Below are positions 15,874 to 25,247 of a stretch of DNA of 25,247 nt, one piece after another. This stretch comes from a virus (taxonomy: Duplodnaviria > Caudoviricetes). Position numbers and translations under genes: made by a program. The number at the start of each line of letters is the position of its first letter. Positions within the stretch are counted from its first letter, which is position 1. The notes under the pieces are model-generated. The model did not search any database. It saw only the letters and a program-made list of their open reading frames with translations, and had not been told where the DNA came from. The stretch spans positions 1-25,247 of the IMG/VR virus record IMGVR_UViG_3300033406_000042. The stretch is one strand, 5' to 3'.

Positions 15874-16899
15874 ATGAATGAAAATTCTAGAAATCACTAT
15901 ATCAAAACAGTAAAAGGGCTTTTAAAAGCTCAAAAAGAGACAGATGCTTTTCGTGTATTCAACACCAAACATCTAAATACCTATATTAATAATCACGATA
16001 ATTGGAGCGGTGGTATTGATTATTACACTGTTGAAATTAATGTTTCTCCTGCTGAATATGCAAAACTTAAGAAAGACAATAAAATTAATGATTTAGAAAA
16101 ATGTATTGCATCAGCATTTGATGATGCAACAAAAGGTGACGAAAGTGTTGTTTTTAGCAATATATTAATTCGCGCGAATGCCGATATTGAAGAAGATGAA
16201 ATAAATGAATCTGTTGATGATTTTACATTTTGGAATTTTGGATATTACAAAATGTTTATTAGTCATTTAACAGTGGATAAAATCTCTGCTGCAAATCTAA
16301 AATCAGCATTGGCTATTTATGGAATATCTTGTTTTGTGGCACATGAAGATATAGAACCAACGAAAGAATGGGCAAATGAAATAGAGAAAGCATTGTTAAC
16401 AATGGATTGTCTATGTGCTATTATAACTCCAAAATTTATAAATAGTAAGTGGTGTGACCAAGAAGTTGGTTTTGCGTTAGGCAGACGAGTATTAGTAGTC
16501 CCTATTCGTAAAAGGTATGATCCGTATGGATTAATGGGTAAGTTTCAAGGAATACAGTCTAACGGAAAAACTGCCAATCAATTAGCAAAAGAAATCTTTG
16601 ATATATTGTGCAAAAATAAAAGCTCTAAAAACTTATATGTTAGAAATTTAGGAAATCTATTTTTAAATTCAAAAAGTATAGATGAAGCTAATAAATGGAT
16701 TTCCGTACTGAATAGTGCAAAAATAGAGGATACAGATATTGTTGAATTTATTAATTCTCACTATCTAGATAACGATAATTTAAAGGATAGCAAAGTCATA
16801 GAGAAAGCCAATAAATTGTTTGTCAAACACTCATTAAGAGCCATAAATCAAAACCTGTTTGTAGAGAAACAGACAGAAGTTGATGATTTACCTTTTTAG
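15874..16899 (+). CDS. TIR-domain protein (putative anti-phage)
   Basis: MFISH...CFVAHEDIEPTKEWANEIEKAL...FINSKWCDQEVGFALGR with the catalytic Glu in WCxxE; extra N- and C-terminal regions. Confidence 0.85.
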   Translation: MNENSRNHYIKTVKGLLKAQKETDAFRVFNTKHLNTYINNHDNWSGGIDYYTVEINVSPAEYAKLKKDNKINDLEKCIASAFDDATKGDESVVFSNILIRANADIEEDEINESVDDFTFWNFGYYKMFISHLTVDKISAANLKSALAIYGISCFVAHEDIEPTKEWANEIEKALLTMDCLCAIITPKFINSKWCDQEVGFALGRRVLVVPIRKRYDPYGLMGKFQGIQSNGKTANQLAKEIFDILCKNKSSKNLYVRNLGNLFLNSKSIDEANKWISVLNSAKIEDTDIVEFINSHYLDNDNLKDSKVIEKANKLFVKHSLRAINQNLFVEKQTEVDDLPF

Positions 16900-16959
16900 T
16901 ATTTTTTTCGGTTTCGATGTAGATTACAGTTCCGCTAAAGTATTCGTTTCACGTTCTAA

Positions 16960-16997
16960 GATAGCGATTTCTGCCAATAATGTAGAGGTCGTTTTTT
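16960..16997 (+). terminator. Probable intrinsic terminator
   Basis: AGCGATTTCTGC-CAATAAT-GTAGAGGTCGTT followed by a T run; stem has G-U pairs. Confidence 0.55.
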
Positions 16998-17047
16998 GAT
17001 ATTATTTCAATTTCTCTATCCCCCTTTTTACGCTTTTTATACCTATT

Positions 17048-17120
17048 TACGACAATAATCCCATTGTCGTATATCCCACCTTTTAAAATTTCCCACTCAC
17101 ATACTTCCTACCTACTTTTA
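17048..17120 (+). promoter_or_regulatory. Putative late promoter 2 with upstream palindrome
   Basis: TACGACAA-N8-TTGTCGTA (17048-17071), AATTTC (17087-17092), TACTTTTA (17113-17120). Confidence 0.7.
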
Positions 17121-17152
17121 TACCACGAACTTTTAATTAAAATTCATACGGT

Positions 17153-17794
17153 ATGAAAGAAAAGATTTTAGCAGCATTAAAAACGAAATTTAGCGGTGTT
17201 GATGATGCTATCTTAACCCGAATAGCTGAAAAGAGAGCTGAGGGTGTAACGGACGAAAGCCAAATACCTACCATTGTGGAGGGAGTTAGTTTTCAGGACG
17301 TGCTAACAAGTTATGGCGATTTCCGTGCCGGGGATGCCTCTAACTCCGCAGTCAGAAACTACGAGAAGAAGCATAATCTTAAAGAGGGTAAGCCAGTTGA
17401 GAATCCCGATCCGAAACCAGAACCTATTCAGGTGCCTAAAACAGATGACATGGCTACTTTGATAGCTAATGCAGTTAGTGCAGCCGTTAAGCCTCTTTCG
17501 GATAAACTCGCAGGCTTTGAGCAGAAAGAATCACAGGTTACACGCCAAACGCAGGTTCTTGCAAAAGCCAAAGAGTACGGTATTCCCGAATCATTTGCTA
17601 AAAAAGTCTCTATTGCTGAGGATGCTGATTTGGATACTTATTTCAAGGAGCTAAAACAGGATTTCGCTAATGTAGGCTTTGAAGGCGTGAAAAGCCCGGA
17701 ATCATCCGAGCAGAAATTTGAGAAAGAAAGTACCGAGATAGCGAAAGCGATCAATGCCGGTACTAAAGAGATTGTAGAACAAAGTAACAAGTAA
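17153..17794 (+). CDS. Capsid scaffolding protein (putative)
   Basis: Helical, charged, PDPKPEP linker; first gene of the head operon. Confidence 0.65.
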   Translation: MKEKILAALKTKFSGVDDAILTRIAEKRAEGVTDESQIPTIVEGVSFQDVLTSYGDFRAGDASNSAVRNYEKKHNLKEGKPVENPDPKPEPIQVPKTDDMATLIANAVSAAVKPLSDKLAGFEQKESQVTRQTQVLAKAKEYGIPESFAKKVSIAEDADLDTYFKELKQDFANVGFEGVKSPESSEQKFEKESTEIAKAINAGTKEIVEQSNK

Positions 17795-17797
17795 AAA

Positions 17798-18391
17798 ATG
17801 AGTGCAGGATTTACTTACAATTTAACGCCCGAACCATCTGTTGAAGAGAGATATGATGTGCAGTCGGGTGTACGCCGTAGAGGAGTTTATAAGCTCGATA
17901 CGACGAATTTGAATGTAGGCGATTATCTACCTTCGTTCACTCCCATAGCTGCAAATCTAAATACAAAGATTTGTGTTCCGGTGAGAAACGTAAAGGTGAT
18001 AGAAGCTTACGCAACCGGGGCAGAGGCTTTGACTATCAAGATAGCAAAGAACTCTCTCGCCTATGCAGGAATGTTCATCGGGAACGGATCAAAGGGTGCG
18101 CAGGTCAGTGCGATAGACAAGTCTAACGCTGGTTATGATGTGTTGACCATTGCGGCTGCTTTCGGTGCTAATATTGCTAAAGACGCAGTTCTTTTTGAAG
18201 CTACTGCTGTTAGTGGTACAACTCCTAAGAATGTAGCCAATTCCGCTTTATTCGAGCGGAAAAAGATTGAGAGTGGCATAAACCTGATTGCTCTATTAAT
18301 GAGAGCTTTTGAGATTGAGCCTGATAAATTGGTGATTCCTTTCTCCGATAAGGATAAAGCGAACTTACCTCATTTCCAATTTAACGAATAA
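17798..18391 (+). CDS. Head decoration protein (putative)
   Basis: Ala/Gly-rich 197 aa between scaffold and capsid genes. Confidence 0.55.
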   Translation: MSAGFTYNLTPEPSVEERYDVQSGVRRRGVYKLDTTNLNVGDYLPSFTPIAANLNTKICVPVRNVKVIEAYATGAEALTIKIAKNSLAYAGMFIGNGSKGAQVSAIDKSNAGYDVLTIAAAFGANIAKDAVLFEATAVSGTTPKNVANSALFERKKIESGINLIALLMRAFEIEPDKLVIPFSDKDKANLPHFQFNE

Positions 18392-18404
18392 AACCCGATA
18401 GATT

Positions 18405-19487
18405 ATGATGTTAACTATTGATACGTTATTCAATGACCCCAATATAGTATCGGCGGTCATTAACCGTGTTACTCAAACACGTAGAGATATGATCTATTGG
18501 ACGCAGTATTTGGACTTCCGTAGAACGACTACCCGTGTGTTCAAGGATTATATCGGTACTGTTACCGGTGTTATGGCAGGTTCTGTCAATTCCCGTTATG
18601 GAGAGAAACCTATTCGTGAGCGTCGGAACATCGGTTCAGGCTATGGCGAAATCGCCTATTTAGGTGATGCTTACCAAATGTCTATTGACCGTCTTTCCGA
18701 ATTACAAGATCTGATTGACAAATACAACGCTGCTAAGACATCTGACCAAACCACAGCTCTTAATGAGATTGTGAGCTTTATCTATGATGATTATCGCCAA
18801 GTATTGTTGGCCGCTCATAAGAGAATGGATTTAGTTGTAGGCTCATTGCTGATGACTGGTAGCGCAGAAGTGAAGAACAAAGATAACAACCCTGACGGAA
18901 CAGACTTGTTGAAGATTGATCTTCCGCTTAAGTTTATCACTCCCGAGGCTGCTACTAAGAATGTTTTCATTACTTATCTGCAAGCTCAAATTAATGCTTT
19001 GGCGGCTGATTACGGAGCGTTCTCTAAAATGATCATGACACGCTCAACGTTCATTAAGAACATTGTGGGTTCTTCTGAATTCGGGGATAAGTTCAAGATG
19101 ACACTAGGTTCCAATCAGTTTTATATGGCTGGAGGGCTTATCACTTCGCAAATGGCTTCTGAGGTATTCACTGGTATCGGTCTTCCCGCTATCGAAATCA
19201 AAAACGATTACGTAAAAGACCAAACCGGGGTAAATAAGGCTGTATATGCCGATGATCGTATTACTCTCTTACCGCAGGATAAGATTGGCTATATGAGATT
19301 CCATACTCCGTATGAAGCAACTGATCCCATTCAAGGGCGTACTTATACAGGAGCGGACGGTAATATGCTTATTTCCCAATACAGAGATAAGAACGGTCGT
19401 TATCTTGAGTATGCTGCTGAATGGATTCCTCAAATCAGCAATCCGACGCAGATTGTGAACTTTGATTTATCAGCCATGAACGCATGA
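18405..19487 (+). CDS. Major capsid protein
   Basis: 360 aa; position and size fit lambda gpE-like capsids of Bacteroides phages. Confidence 0.8.
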   Translation: MMLTIDTLFNDPNIVSAVINRVTQTRRDMIYWTQYLDFRRTTTRVFKDYIGTVTGVMAGSVNSRYGEKPIRERRNIGSGYGEIAYLGDAYQMSIDRLSELQDLIDKYNAAKTSDQTTALNEIVSFIYDDYRQVLLAAHKRMDLVVGSLLMTGSAEVKNKDNNPDGTDLLKIDLPLKFITPEAATKNVFITYLQAQINALAADYGAFSKMIMTRSTFIKNIVGSSEFGDKFKMTLGSNQFYMAGGLITSQMASEVFTGIGLPAIEIKNDYVKDQTGVNKAVYADDRITLLPQDKIGYMRFHTPYEATDPIQGRTYTGADGNMLISQYRDKNGRYLEYAAEWIPQISNPTQIVNFDLSAMNA

Positions 19488-19786
19488 TAATAGGTGACTA
19501 CATAAAACAAAAGTTTCAGTCCTTCGGCATTCAATTGTCGGAGGCTGACCTTTTGGATATCTCTCTTGGATTAGATGAAGAGGTGACTTTTGATAACAAG
19601 CTCAAAGTAGATGTTGCTATTGCGAAGTTCGTCCCTTCTCTCTTACTCCGTGCGCAATCAATTTCAGAAAGCGGGTTCTCAATGTCTTGGAACATTCAGG
19701 GCATTAAGGACTACTATTCATGGGCTTGCAAAGAGTACGGGCTAACGGATAATTTGAGTAATAAACCTAAAGTAACGTTCTTATGA
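19484..19786 (+). CDS. Head-tail connector/adaptor (putative)
   Basis: SISESGFSMSW motif; synteny; ATGA coupling. Confidence 0.65.
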   Translation: MIIGDYIKQKFQSFGIQLSEADLLDISLGLDEEVTFDNKLKVDVAIAKFVPSLLLRAQSISESGFSMSWNIQGIKDYYSWACKEYGLTDNLSNKPKVTFL

Positions 19787-20106
19787 TTTTCACCCCTCAT
19801 ATATTACAGATTAAGGTAACTACTGAGCCGCAAAGGGATGAGCTCGGAAGACCTGTCCCCGGTACTGGTAGTGAAGATTGGCAAACTGTATGTGAATGTC
19901 GTTGTGATGATAACACAACCAAAGAGTTTACTTCCACAAATGGACAAGTCTATAGACCTAACTACCATGTGGTATGTGAGAAGAAAGTCTATCTTAAAGC
20001 AGATGATGAAGTCAGATGTATGGATGGGGATATGGTGAGAGGAAAAGGGACGGTTTACGCTGTCAAGTCAACTAACTACTTTAACTACTCAGAGCTATGG
20101 ATGTAG
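19783..20106 (+). CDS. Head closure protein (putative)
   Basis: RDELGRPV N-terminal motif, beta-rich; synteny. Confidence 0.65.
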   Translation: MIFTPHILQIKVTTEPQRDELGRPVPGTGSEDWQTVCECRCDDNTTKEFTSTNGQVYRPNYHVVCEKKVYLKADDEVRCMDGDMVRGKGTVYAVKSTNYFNYSELWM

Positions 20107-20377
20107 GTTTCGACTTTTCCGATATAGATTCCTTCTTTCAGGAGGAAGAAGCCAGAGTACTTGCCAAAGAGCATGAGATAGGAGAGGAAGCCATTCAATA
20201 CGCTAAAGAGCAGGGTAATTATAAAGACCATACAGGGCATTTGACGAGGTAGACAAAGAGGGCTTAACCCTGAAAAACGAAGCAGAATACGCTTCATTCG
20301 TAGAATCCAAGAAGTTTGATGTTTTAAGTAGTACAGCCTTACATGCTGAAAAACGGCTAAAAGAAGAATTTGAATAA
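20097..20377 (+). pseudogene. Frameshifted neck/tail-completion (HK97 gp10-like) gene
   Basis: MDVGFDFSDIDSFF...GNYKDHTGHLTR* stops at 20250-20252; EVDKEGLTLKNEAEYASFVESK...KEEFE* continues in another frame to 20377. Confidence 0.7.
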
Positions 20378-20769
20378 TGATAGTAAGTAGCGACATAGCA
20401 AATATCCTTTATCGTGACTGCCAAGCTTTCGGTATTAAAATCTATCCTGATGGTGAAACGCCTACGGGTGAGGTTACGGAAGAACGAGTTGTCATTCATG
20501 CCAAAGCCCAAACTCCGGGAACTTACTGGAAGAAGGGTTTTGTAGAAGTAAATATTTGCGTGCCAGACTCAAGCGAGAATTCCGCTAATTCCGTTCGTTT
20601 GGGCGAGCTTGAAAGAGAGGCTCAAACGATATTGGATGATGTCGTAAGTTCTTATGATGGAAGTTGTTATCGCTATTCAATTAATTCTATAGGTCGGGAA
20701 GCGGACACTGCTTTAAAGTGTCATTATGTGAATTGCAGATTATTATTTGAAGTATTAAATGTTAAATAA
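20377..20769 (+). CDS. Tail terminator protein (putative)
   Basis: 130 aa just before the tail tube gene; synteny. Confidence 0.6.
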   Translation: MIVSSDIANILYRDCQAFGIKIYPDGETPTGEVTEERVVIHAKAQTPGTYWKKGFVEVNICVPDSSENSANSVRLGELEREAQTILDDVVSSYDGSCYRYSINSIGREADTALKCHYVNCRLLFEVLNVK

Positions 20770-20771
20770 TT

Positions 20772-21323
20772 ATGATTACAGCAGCAGGTATTAAAAGAAT
20801 TTTATACGCTGAGACAAGCGTAATTGCGGCCGATCTTACGGGCACAGCTTTGAAAGCGATCATAGATGCCGCAGCCACCGCAAAGCATGAGATTTCTAAC
20901 GTACATGGCGACACATGGAGTTTGGAGGAATCCGAACCAAGTACCACTCGTTATAAGAACGCTTTGACAGGGCAGAATTACCGTCAGGATACCGAAATGG
21001 GGGATATTCAGGCATCCTTTACCATCGGGCAATATGACTATCAAACAAAGGCCGATTTAATGGGCGGTGATGTTATCAAGAACGGGGATAAGGTTGTAGG
21101 TTGGAAACGTGCCAGTGGCATTGTTGAAACATACAAATGCCTTATCTTCCAAACGAAAGATAATCAATGGTGTGTATTCCCTAAAGGAGCCGTGACAACT
21201 CGTGAGGCTAATACGGATAAGGCTATTGGTTTAGCTCTTTCAGGGGTAGCATTGGAACCGGGAATTGATGGCGTTCGCTCCGAATATTGGTTTGATGATT
21301 CGGAAGTGGTAACAAAGGGATAA
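20772..21323 (+). CDS. Major tail tube protein (putative)
   Basis: 183 aa beta-rich; followed by a terminator, chaperones and tape measure. Confidence 0.7.
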   Translation: MITAAGIKRILYAETSVIAADLTGTALKAIIDAAATAKHEISNVHGDTWSLEESEPSTTRYKNALTGQNYRQDTEMGDIQASFTIGQYDYQTKADLMGGDVIKNGDKVVGWKRASGIVETYKCLIFQTKDNQWCVFPKGAVTTREANTDKAIGLALSGVALEPGIDGVRSEYWFDDSEVVTKG

Positions 21324-21342
21324 GGTTGATTTTTAGGATAAC

Positions 21343-21378
21343 AAACGGGTGGAGTGGCTAGACCACCTCACCCGTTTT
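21343..21378 (+). terminator. Terminator/attenuator after tail tube gene
   Basis: AAACGGGTG-GAGTGGCTAGACCACCT-CACCCGTTTT. Confidence 0.65.
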
Positions 21379-21392
21379 AAATTTGAAGAAAT

Positions 21393-21809
21393 ATGAATGA
21401 AGCAGCTAAATTAGTGTCAGATAGTCTACTAGGTGAGGACTTCGCCACAATACATATAAAGGATAAGTATTATACAGTTTATCCACCAACAATAAAAGTT
21501 ATCTGCCGGGCATGCTCGGCTTTCTCCAAGATAGGTTTGGATGGTAATTATAGTAAATTGACTGTCATCGGGGAGATCCCTGAAAACATACCACACATCA
21601 TTAAGGGGCTTTCGGCATTGATCGTTGGTGGCACACGCAACTGGAGATGGAAAGCTCACAAAGTAGGTAAAGCCTTCCAATCAGCCACGAATAGCGATAT
21701 AAAAGATGCATGGGAAACTGTTCTTCCTTTAATGGATGGCGGGAGTTTTTTCGAATATGCGCTTTCCATGAAGAGCGCCGCAAAGATAGTAGCAAAGGAG
21801 AAGTTGTAG
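21393..21809 (+). CDS. Tail assembly chaperone (gpG-like)
   Basis: Between tail tube and tape measure; slippery heptamer near its 3' end. Confidence 0.7.
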   Translation: MNEAAKLVSDSLLGEDFATIHIKDKYYTVYPPTIKVICRACSAFSKIGLDGNYSKLTVIGEIPENIPHIIKGLSALIVGGTRNWRWKAHKVGKAFQSATNSDIKDAWETVLPLMDGGSFFEYALSMKSAAKIVAKEKL

Positions 21810-22000
21810 GAAACGATACGATGTTAGGACAAATTGCTTCATTCATGGAAAATCTTCATTTGTCTTACAAAGAAGTTTTTGAGGTGATCTCTTATCGTAA
21901 TTTGATAATCATGCAAAAGGATAAATTACACGAAGTAACAGGCGAATTAGTACAAGAAAGTTCAGGCAAAGATATGGCATCAAGAAGGAGGCAAAAGTAA
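21746..22000 (+). CDS. Tail assembly chaperone extension (gpT-like), reached by -1 frameshift or from ATG 21821
   Basis: T TTT TTC at 21746-21752; the -1 frame is open to 22000 (...GQIASFMENLHLSYKEVFEVISYRNLIIMQKDK...). Confidence 0.6.
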   Translation, partial: FFRICAFHEERRKDSSKGEVVGNDTMLGQIASFMENLHLSYKEVFEVISYRNLIIMQKDKLHEVTGELVQESSGKDMASRRRQK

Positions 22001-25000
22001 TGGCAAAATTATACTTTAAAGTCAGTAGCGATTACCAAGAAGTTATAAGGCTACGTAACGAGATAGCGAAATTAGATACACAGATAAAGTCTATGGACGT
22101 TAATAAGGCTCCACAGGCTGTTGCTGTTCTTAACAATCAGATGCAACAAGCCAAACAGCAAATGCGGGGAATGGTCGAAGAAGCCGCTAAGGCAGGCGCT
22201 GTGATGGGCAATGACTTAAAGCAGAAGATTTATCAAGGCTCACAGGCTGTAAATGACTTCACTCAAAAGATTATCAATCAAAAAACGGTTGTTAAAGATA
22301 TTGAAGCGGATGTGCGAAGATTGTCTGATGCTTACAAGAAAGTTCGTAATAACCCATTGCAGGCAAATTCAGCCTTGGGTGAATTGGATGTGGCAAAGAA
22401 GGAATTGCAGAAAGAGAAAGCAACTCTCTTTGAACTACAAACAGAACAATCAAATGCCCGTTTATCGGTTAAGAAACTCAGGGATGAATACTCACTGTAT
22501 AAGGATGACGCAAAGAATGTAGTAAATGCCAATGGTGGTATGTCGATGTCTTTCGGCAAAATGCTTGGCGTAATAGGTGGAGTTGCTGCATTAAAACAGT
22601 TAGGATCTGAGCTTATTCATGTCAAAGGTCAGTTTGAATCGATTGAAATTGCATTAGACACAATGCTTGGCAGTAAGGAAAAGGCTGATACCTTGCTCGC
22701 AGAAGTAAAAAGCTATGCAACGGTTTCTCCTTTAACGCTAACCGATATCTCTTCCGCCACACAAATGATGCTTGGCTTCAATATTGAGGCAGAGAAAGTT
22801 CCGACTTACTTTAAAGCCATCGGTGATATATCAATGGGAGACACTCAGAAGTTTAACTCTTTAACTCTGGCATTCTCTCAAATGTCTGCTACAGGCAAGC
22901 TTATGGGGCAGGATTTAAACCAAATGATTAATGCTGGTTTCAATCCATTACAGGTTATTGCCCAAAAGACAGGTAAGAGTATAGCAGAGCTCAAAGATGA
23001 AATGTCGAAAGGTGCGGTTTCTTCTGAAATGGTTCAGCAGGCCTTTATTGATGCAACAAGTGCCGGTGGCAAGTTCTACAAGATGTCAGAAAACGCCTCT
23101 AAAACTATCAATGGGCAACTTTCCATGATGCAAGATGCTTTGGATAGAGTCTTTAATGAGATTGGAACAGACGGGGAAGGCGCAATCATGGGAGCTATTA
23201 AGGGTACCACATCTTTGATCCAGAACTATGAGACCGTAGGTAAGGTTCTCACTGGATTAATAGCGACCTATGGGGCCTACAGGGTTGCTTTAGCTCTCAC
23301 TGTTCTGGAAGATGGAAAGTACGTTATTTCACTGGCCCGACTAGGTACTGTTTTAAAATCAAGTGCTGTTGCGCAATCGTTGCTAAATTCAGCTATCTTG
23401 AAGAATCCTTATGTGGCAGCCGCAGTATTAATCGGAACACTTATTACCGCCATATGGGCTTTTCATGATGCTACAACCGCACAGGAAAAAGAGCTTAAAC
23501 GCATATCCGAAGGAACAGAACAGTACAATCAGTATTTGGAAGATGAGAAAAACAGAATTGACGAACTTATCGCTAAGTTACAGGATGAAACACTTACAAG
23601 AGAGGATAAATTAGAAGCATTTAAGGAATTACAGAAGATAGCTCCGAAAATCTTTGGTGAATATAAAACAGAGCAGAATTTAATAGATCACCTTACAGAA
23701 GCAAGAAAGAAAGAGAACGAGCAGATCCTAATTCGTCAGAAGCTCATGGGTTCTTATAATATGAATCAGAACGCTGAACGCCTTAAAGAACTAAAGAGAT
23801 TACAGGAACTTCAGAAAGTAGGTGGAGCTGGTCGTGTAAGGCAAGGAACACAAGCCGAATATGAGTCTCTATATGCTCAATTCAACATCAAAAAGGACAA
23901 AGGATGGTTGGATACAGATGCGGAAGTTATAGAAGGGAAGATAAAAACACTAACTTCTTCTATTGGAAATGCTCAGAAAGACATGAGAGTCAGCCAACAG
24001 AATACATGGGAATTGACGCTTGATACAATGAGCAAATCCACCGCTAAAGCACAGAAGACCATGTATGAAGGTTATCGGATTCTTCTAAGAAATTCAGGTA
24101 AACAATGGATAAAGATACAAGGAGAAGAGGCTCCTGTTGATCAGAAAACAATTACTAACCGAATAACTCTTCTCGACCAGAAAGTTTTAAGTGTAGAGGA
24201 AAAGAATGCGAGCCAATTCAGAAATGAAGCAAAAAAAGCATGGGAAAAAGCTAAGAAAGAAGTAGAGAGTGTGAAAACATCATCTACCTCTTACAAAAGT
24301 GCAGCTCAATATGAAAAGGCATTAAAAGAAGCTCAAGATAAAGAAGAAACATCGGAAAAAGCGTATAAGGATTTAGGAGGACAAACAGGAAGCTCACTCT
24401 CAAAAGAAGAATCTACTAAAGAGAAGTTAAGGAAAGAAACAGATAAATATAATATTCTTCTTTCTAAGCAGGCTTCAGAAGAGCAACGGACGGCCGAAGA
24501 TTTACAAATGAAAACGGATGAAGCTCGCATTAAATCTATGGATGATGGGAGTAAAAAGACCATTGAGCAAATGGAGCTTAATTTTGAGAAAGAGATGCAG
24601 GCTATTGATCGACAAAAAGAAAATCGTCTTAGGGAGAAAATAGATAATGCCCGCACTGCTTTTGAATCTAATCCTCAAAATAAAGGCAAGTCATTTGATG
24701 CTTCAGGCATCTCTTTGTCGGATGCTGAAATAAAAGACTTCAATGAACAATATAAGGCGGCCATTGCCGAGTATGGAAAGGAGGTAGACAAGCAGAATGC
24801 AACAGGCATACAGGTCATGAATGACTACCTGAAAGAATATGGGACTTTCCAACAAAAGAAGCTCGCTATAGCGCAGGAATATGATGAGAAAATAGCTAAG
24901 TCGACAGATGAATGGCAGAAAAAGTCTTTAGAGGAACAGAAAACCTCCGCAATTGGAAAGGTAGATATAGAATCCATAAAGGCGGATATTGATTGGGTAT

Positions 25001-25247
25001 CTGTATTCAGTGAATTCGGGGGAATGTTTAAAAGTATAACAGAGCCTATACTTGAAAAGGCTAAAGAGTATACCAAAACAAAGGATTTTAAGCAATCTGG
25101 AGCAACTGATCAGAAAACGCTGGTTGACGCTATAAATAAGATGGAAGAGTCAATGGGCGTTGGTGGCTCTCTTAATTTTAAGAAGCTTGGTACTGATATG
25201 GCGGCCTATCAGTTAGCTATCAACTCGCTAAAAAATGCCAAGATTGA
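22000..25247 (+). CDS. Tail tape measure protein (3' truncated by window end)
   Basis: ATG 22000 (MAKLYFKVSSDYQEVIRLR). Tape-measure motif AIGDISMGDTQKFNSLTLAFSQMSATGKLMGQDLNQMINAGFNPL; helical and Ala/Lys/Glu-rich; still in frame at the window end. Confidence 0.9.
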   Translation, partial: MAKLYFKVSSDYQEVIRLRNEIAKLDTQIKSMDVNKAPQAVAVLNNQMQQAKQQMRGMVEEAAKAGAVMGNDLKQKIYQGSQAVNDFTQKIINQKTVVKDIEADVRRLSDAYKKVRNNPLQANSALGELDVAKKELQKEKATLFELQTEQSNARLSVKKLRDEYSLYKDDAKNVVNANGGMSMSFGKMLGVIGGVAALKQLGSELIHVKGQFESIEIALDTMLGSKEKADTLLAEVKSYATVSPLTLTDISSATQMMLGFNIEAEKVPTYFKAIGDISMGDTQKFNSLTLAFSQMSATGKLMGQDLNQMINAGFNPLQVIAQKTGKSIAELKDEMSKGAVSSEMVQQAFIDATSAGGKFYKMSENASKTINGQLSMMQDALDRVFNEIGTDGEGAIMGAIKGTTSLIQNYETVGKVLTGLIATYGAYRVALALTVLEDGKYVISLARLGTVLKSSAVAQSLLNSAILKNPYVAAAVLIGTLITAIWAFHDATTAQEKELKRISEGTEQYNQYLEDEKNRIDELIAKLQDETLTREDKLEAFKELQKIAPKIFGEYKTEQNLIDHLTEARKKENEQILIRQKLMGSYNMNQNAERLKELKRLQELQKVGGAGRVRQGTQAEYESLYAQFNIKKDKGWLDTDAEVIEGKIKTLTSSIGNAQKDMRVSQQNTWELTLDTMSKSTAKAQKTMYEGYRILLRNSGKQWIKIQGEEAPVDQKTITNRITLLDQKVLSVEEKNASQFRNEAKKAWEKAKKEVESVKTSSTSYKSAAQYEKALKEAQDKEETSEKAYKDLGGQTGSSLSKEESTKEKLRKETDKYNILLSKQASEEQRTAEDLQMKTDEARIKSMDDGSKKTIEQMELNFEKEMQAIDRQKENRLREKIDNARTAFESNPQNKGKSFDASGISLSDAEIKDFNEQYKAAIAEYGKEVDKQNATGIQVMNDYLKEYGTFQQKKLAIAQEYDEKIAKSTDEWQKKSLEEQKTSAIGKVDIESIKADIDWVSVFSEFGGMFKSITEPILEKAKEYTKTKDFKQSGATDQKTLVDAINKMEESMGVGGSLNFKKLGTDMAAYQLAINSLKNAKI

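Noticed and set aside
20085-20511. Two minus-strand ORFs (103 and 102 aa)
   Set aside because: Better explained as shadows of the frameshifted + strand neck gene and the next gene.
1-25247. Diversity-generating retroelement, integrase, att sites, lysis genes
   Set aside because: No reverse transcriptase, recombinase, TR/VR pair, holin or endolysin recognised; they may lie outside the window.

Overview
A Bacteroidales (Bacteroides/Phocaeicola-like) siphovirus-type prophage segment, almost entirely on the + strand. Order: end of the replication module; small accessory ORFs and two putative antisense-strand sRNAs; an AT-rich cargo operon (RelE/HigB-like toxin, HTH antitoxin with C-terminal extension, SecB-like chaperone, AAA+ ATPase); a late packaging operon (two tRNA-like genes, ASCH protein, unannotated basic peptide, PAPS-reductase-like, ParB-like, small terminase, intein-containing large terminase, portal); a second cargo hotspot (two HigBA/RelE-XRE pairs, fused antitoxin remnants, TIR protein); then head and tail genes ending in a tape measure gene that runs off the window. 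Highlights: (1) a tRNA-like gene with initiator-tRNA features but a GAC anticodon, in the same operon as an ORF that appears to begin at GTC; (2) a toxin-antitoxin-chaperone operon with an extra AAA+ ATPase; (3) an identical palindrome/promoter layout in front of both late operons. Several frameshifts suggest decay or sequencing error. All product calls come from motifs, recalled family resemblance and synteny; no database searches were run.
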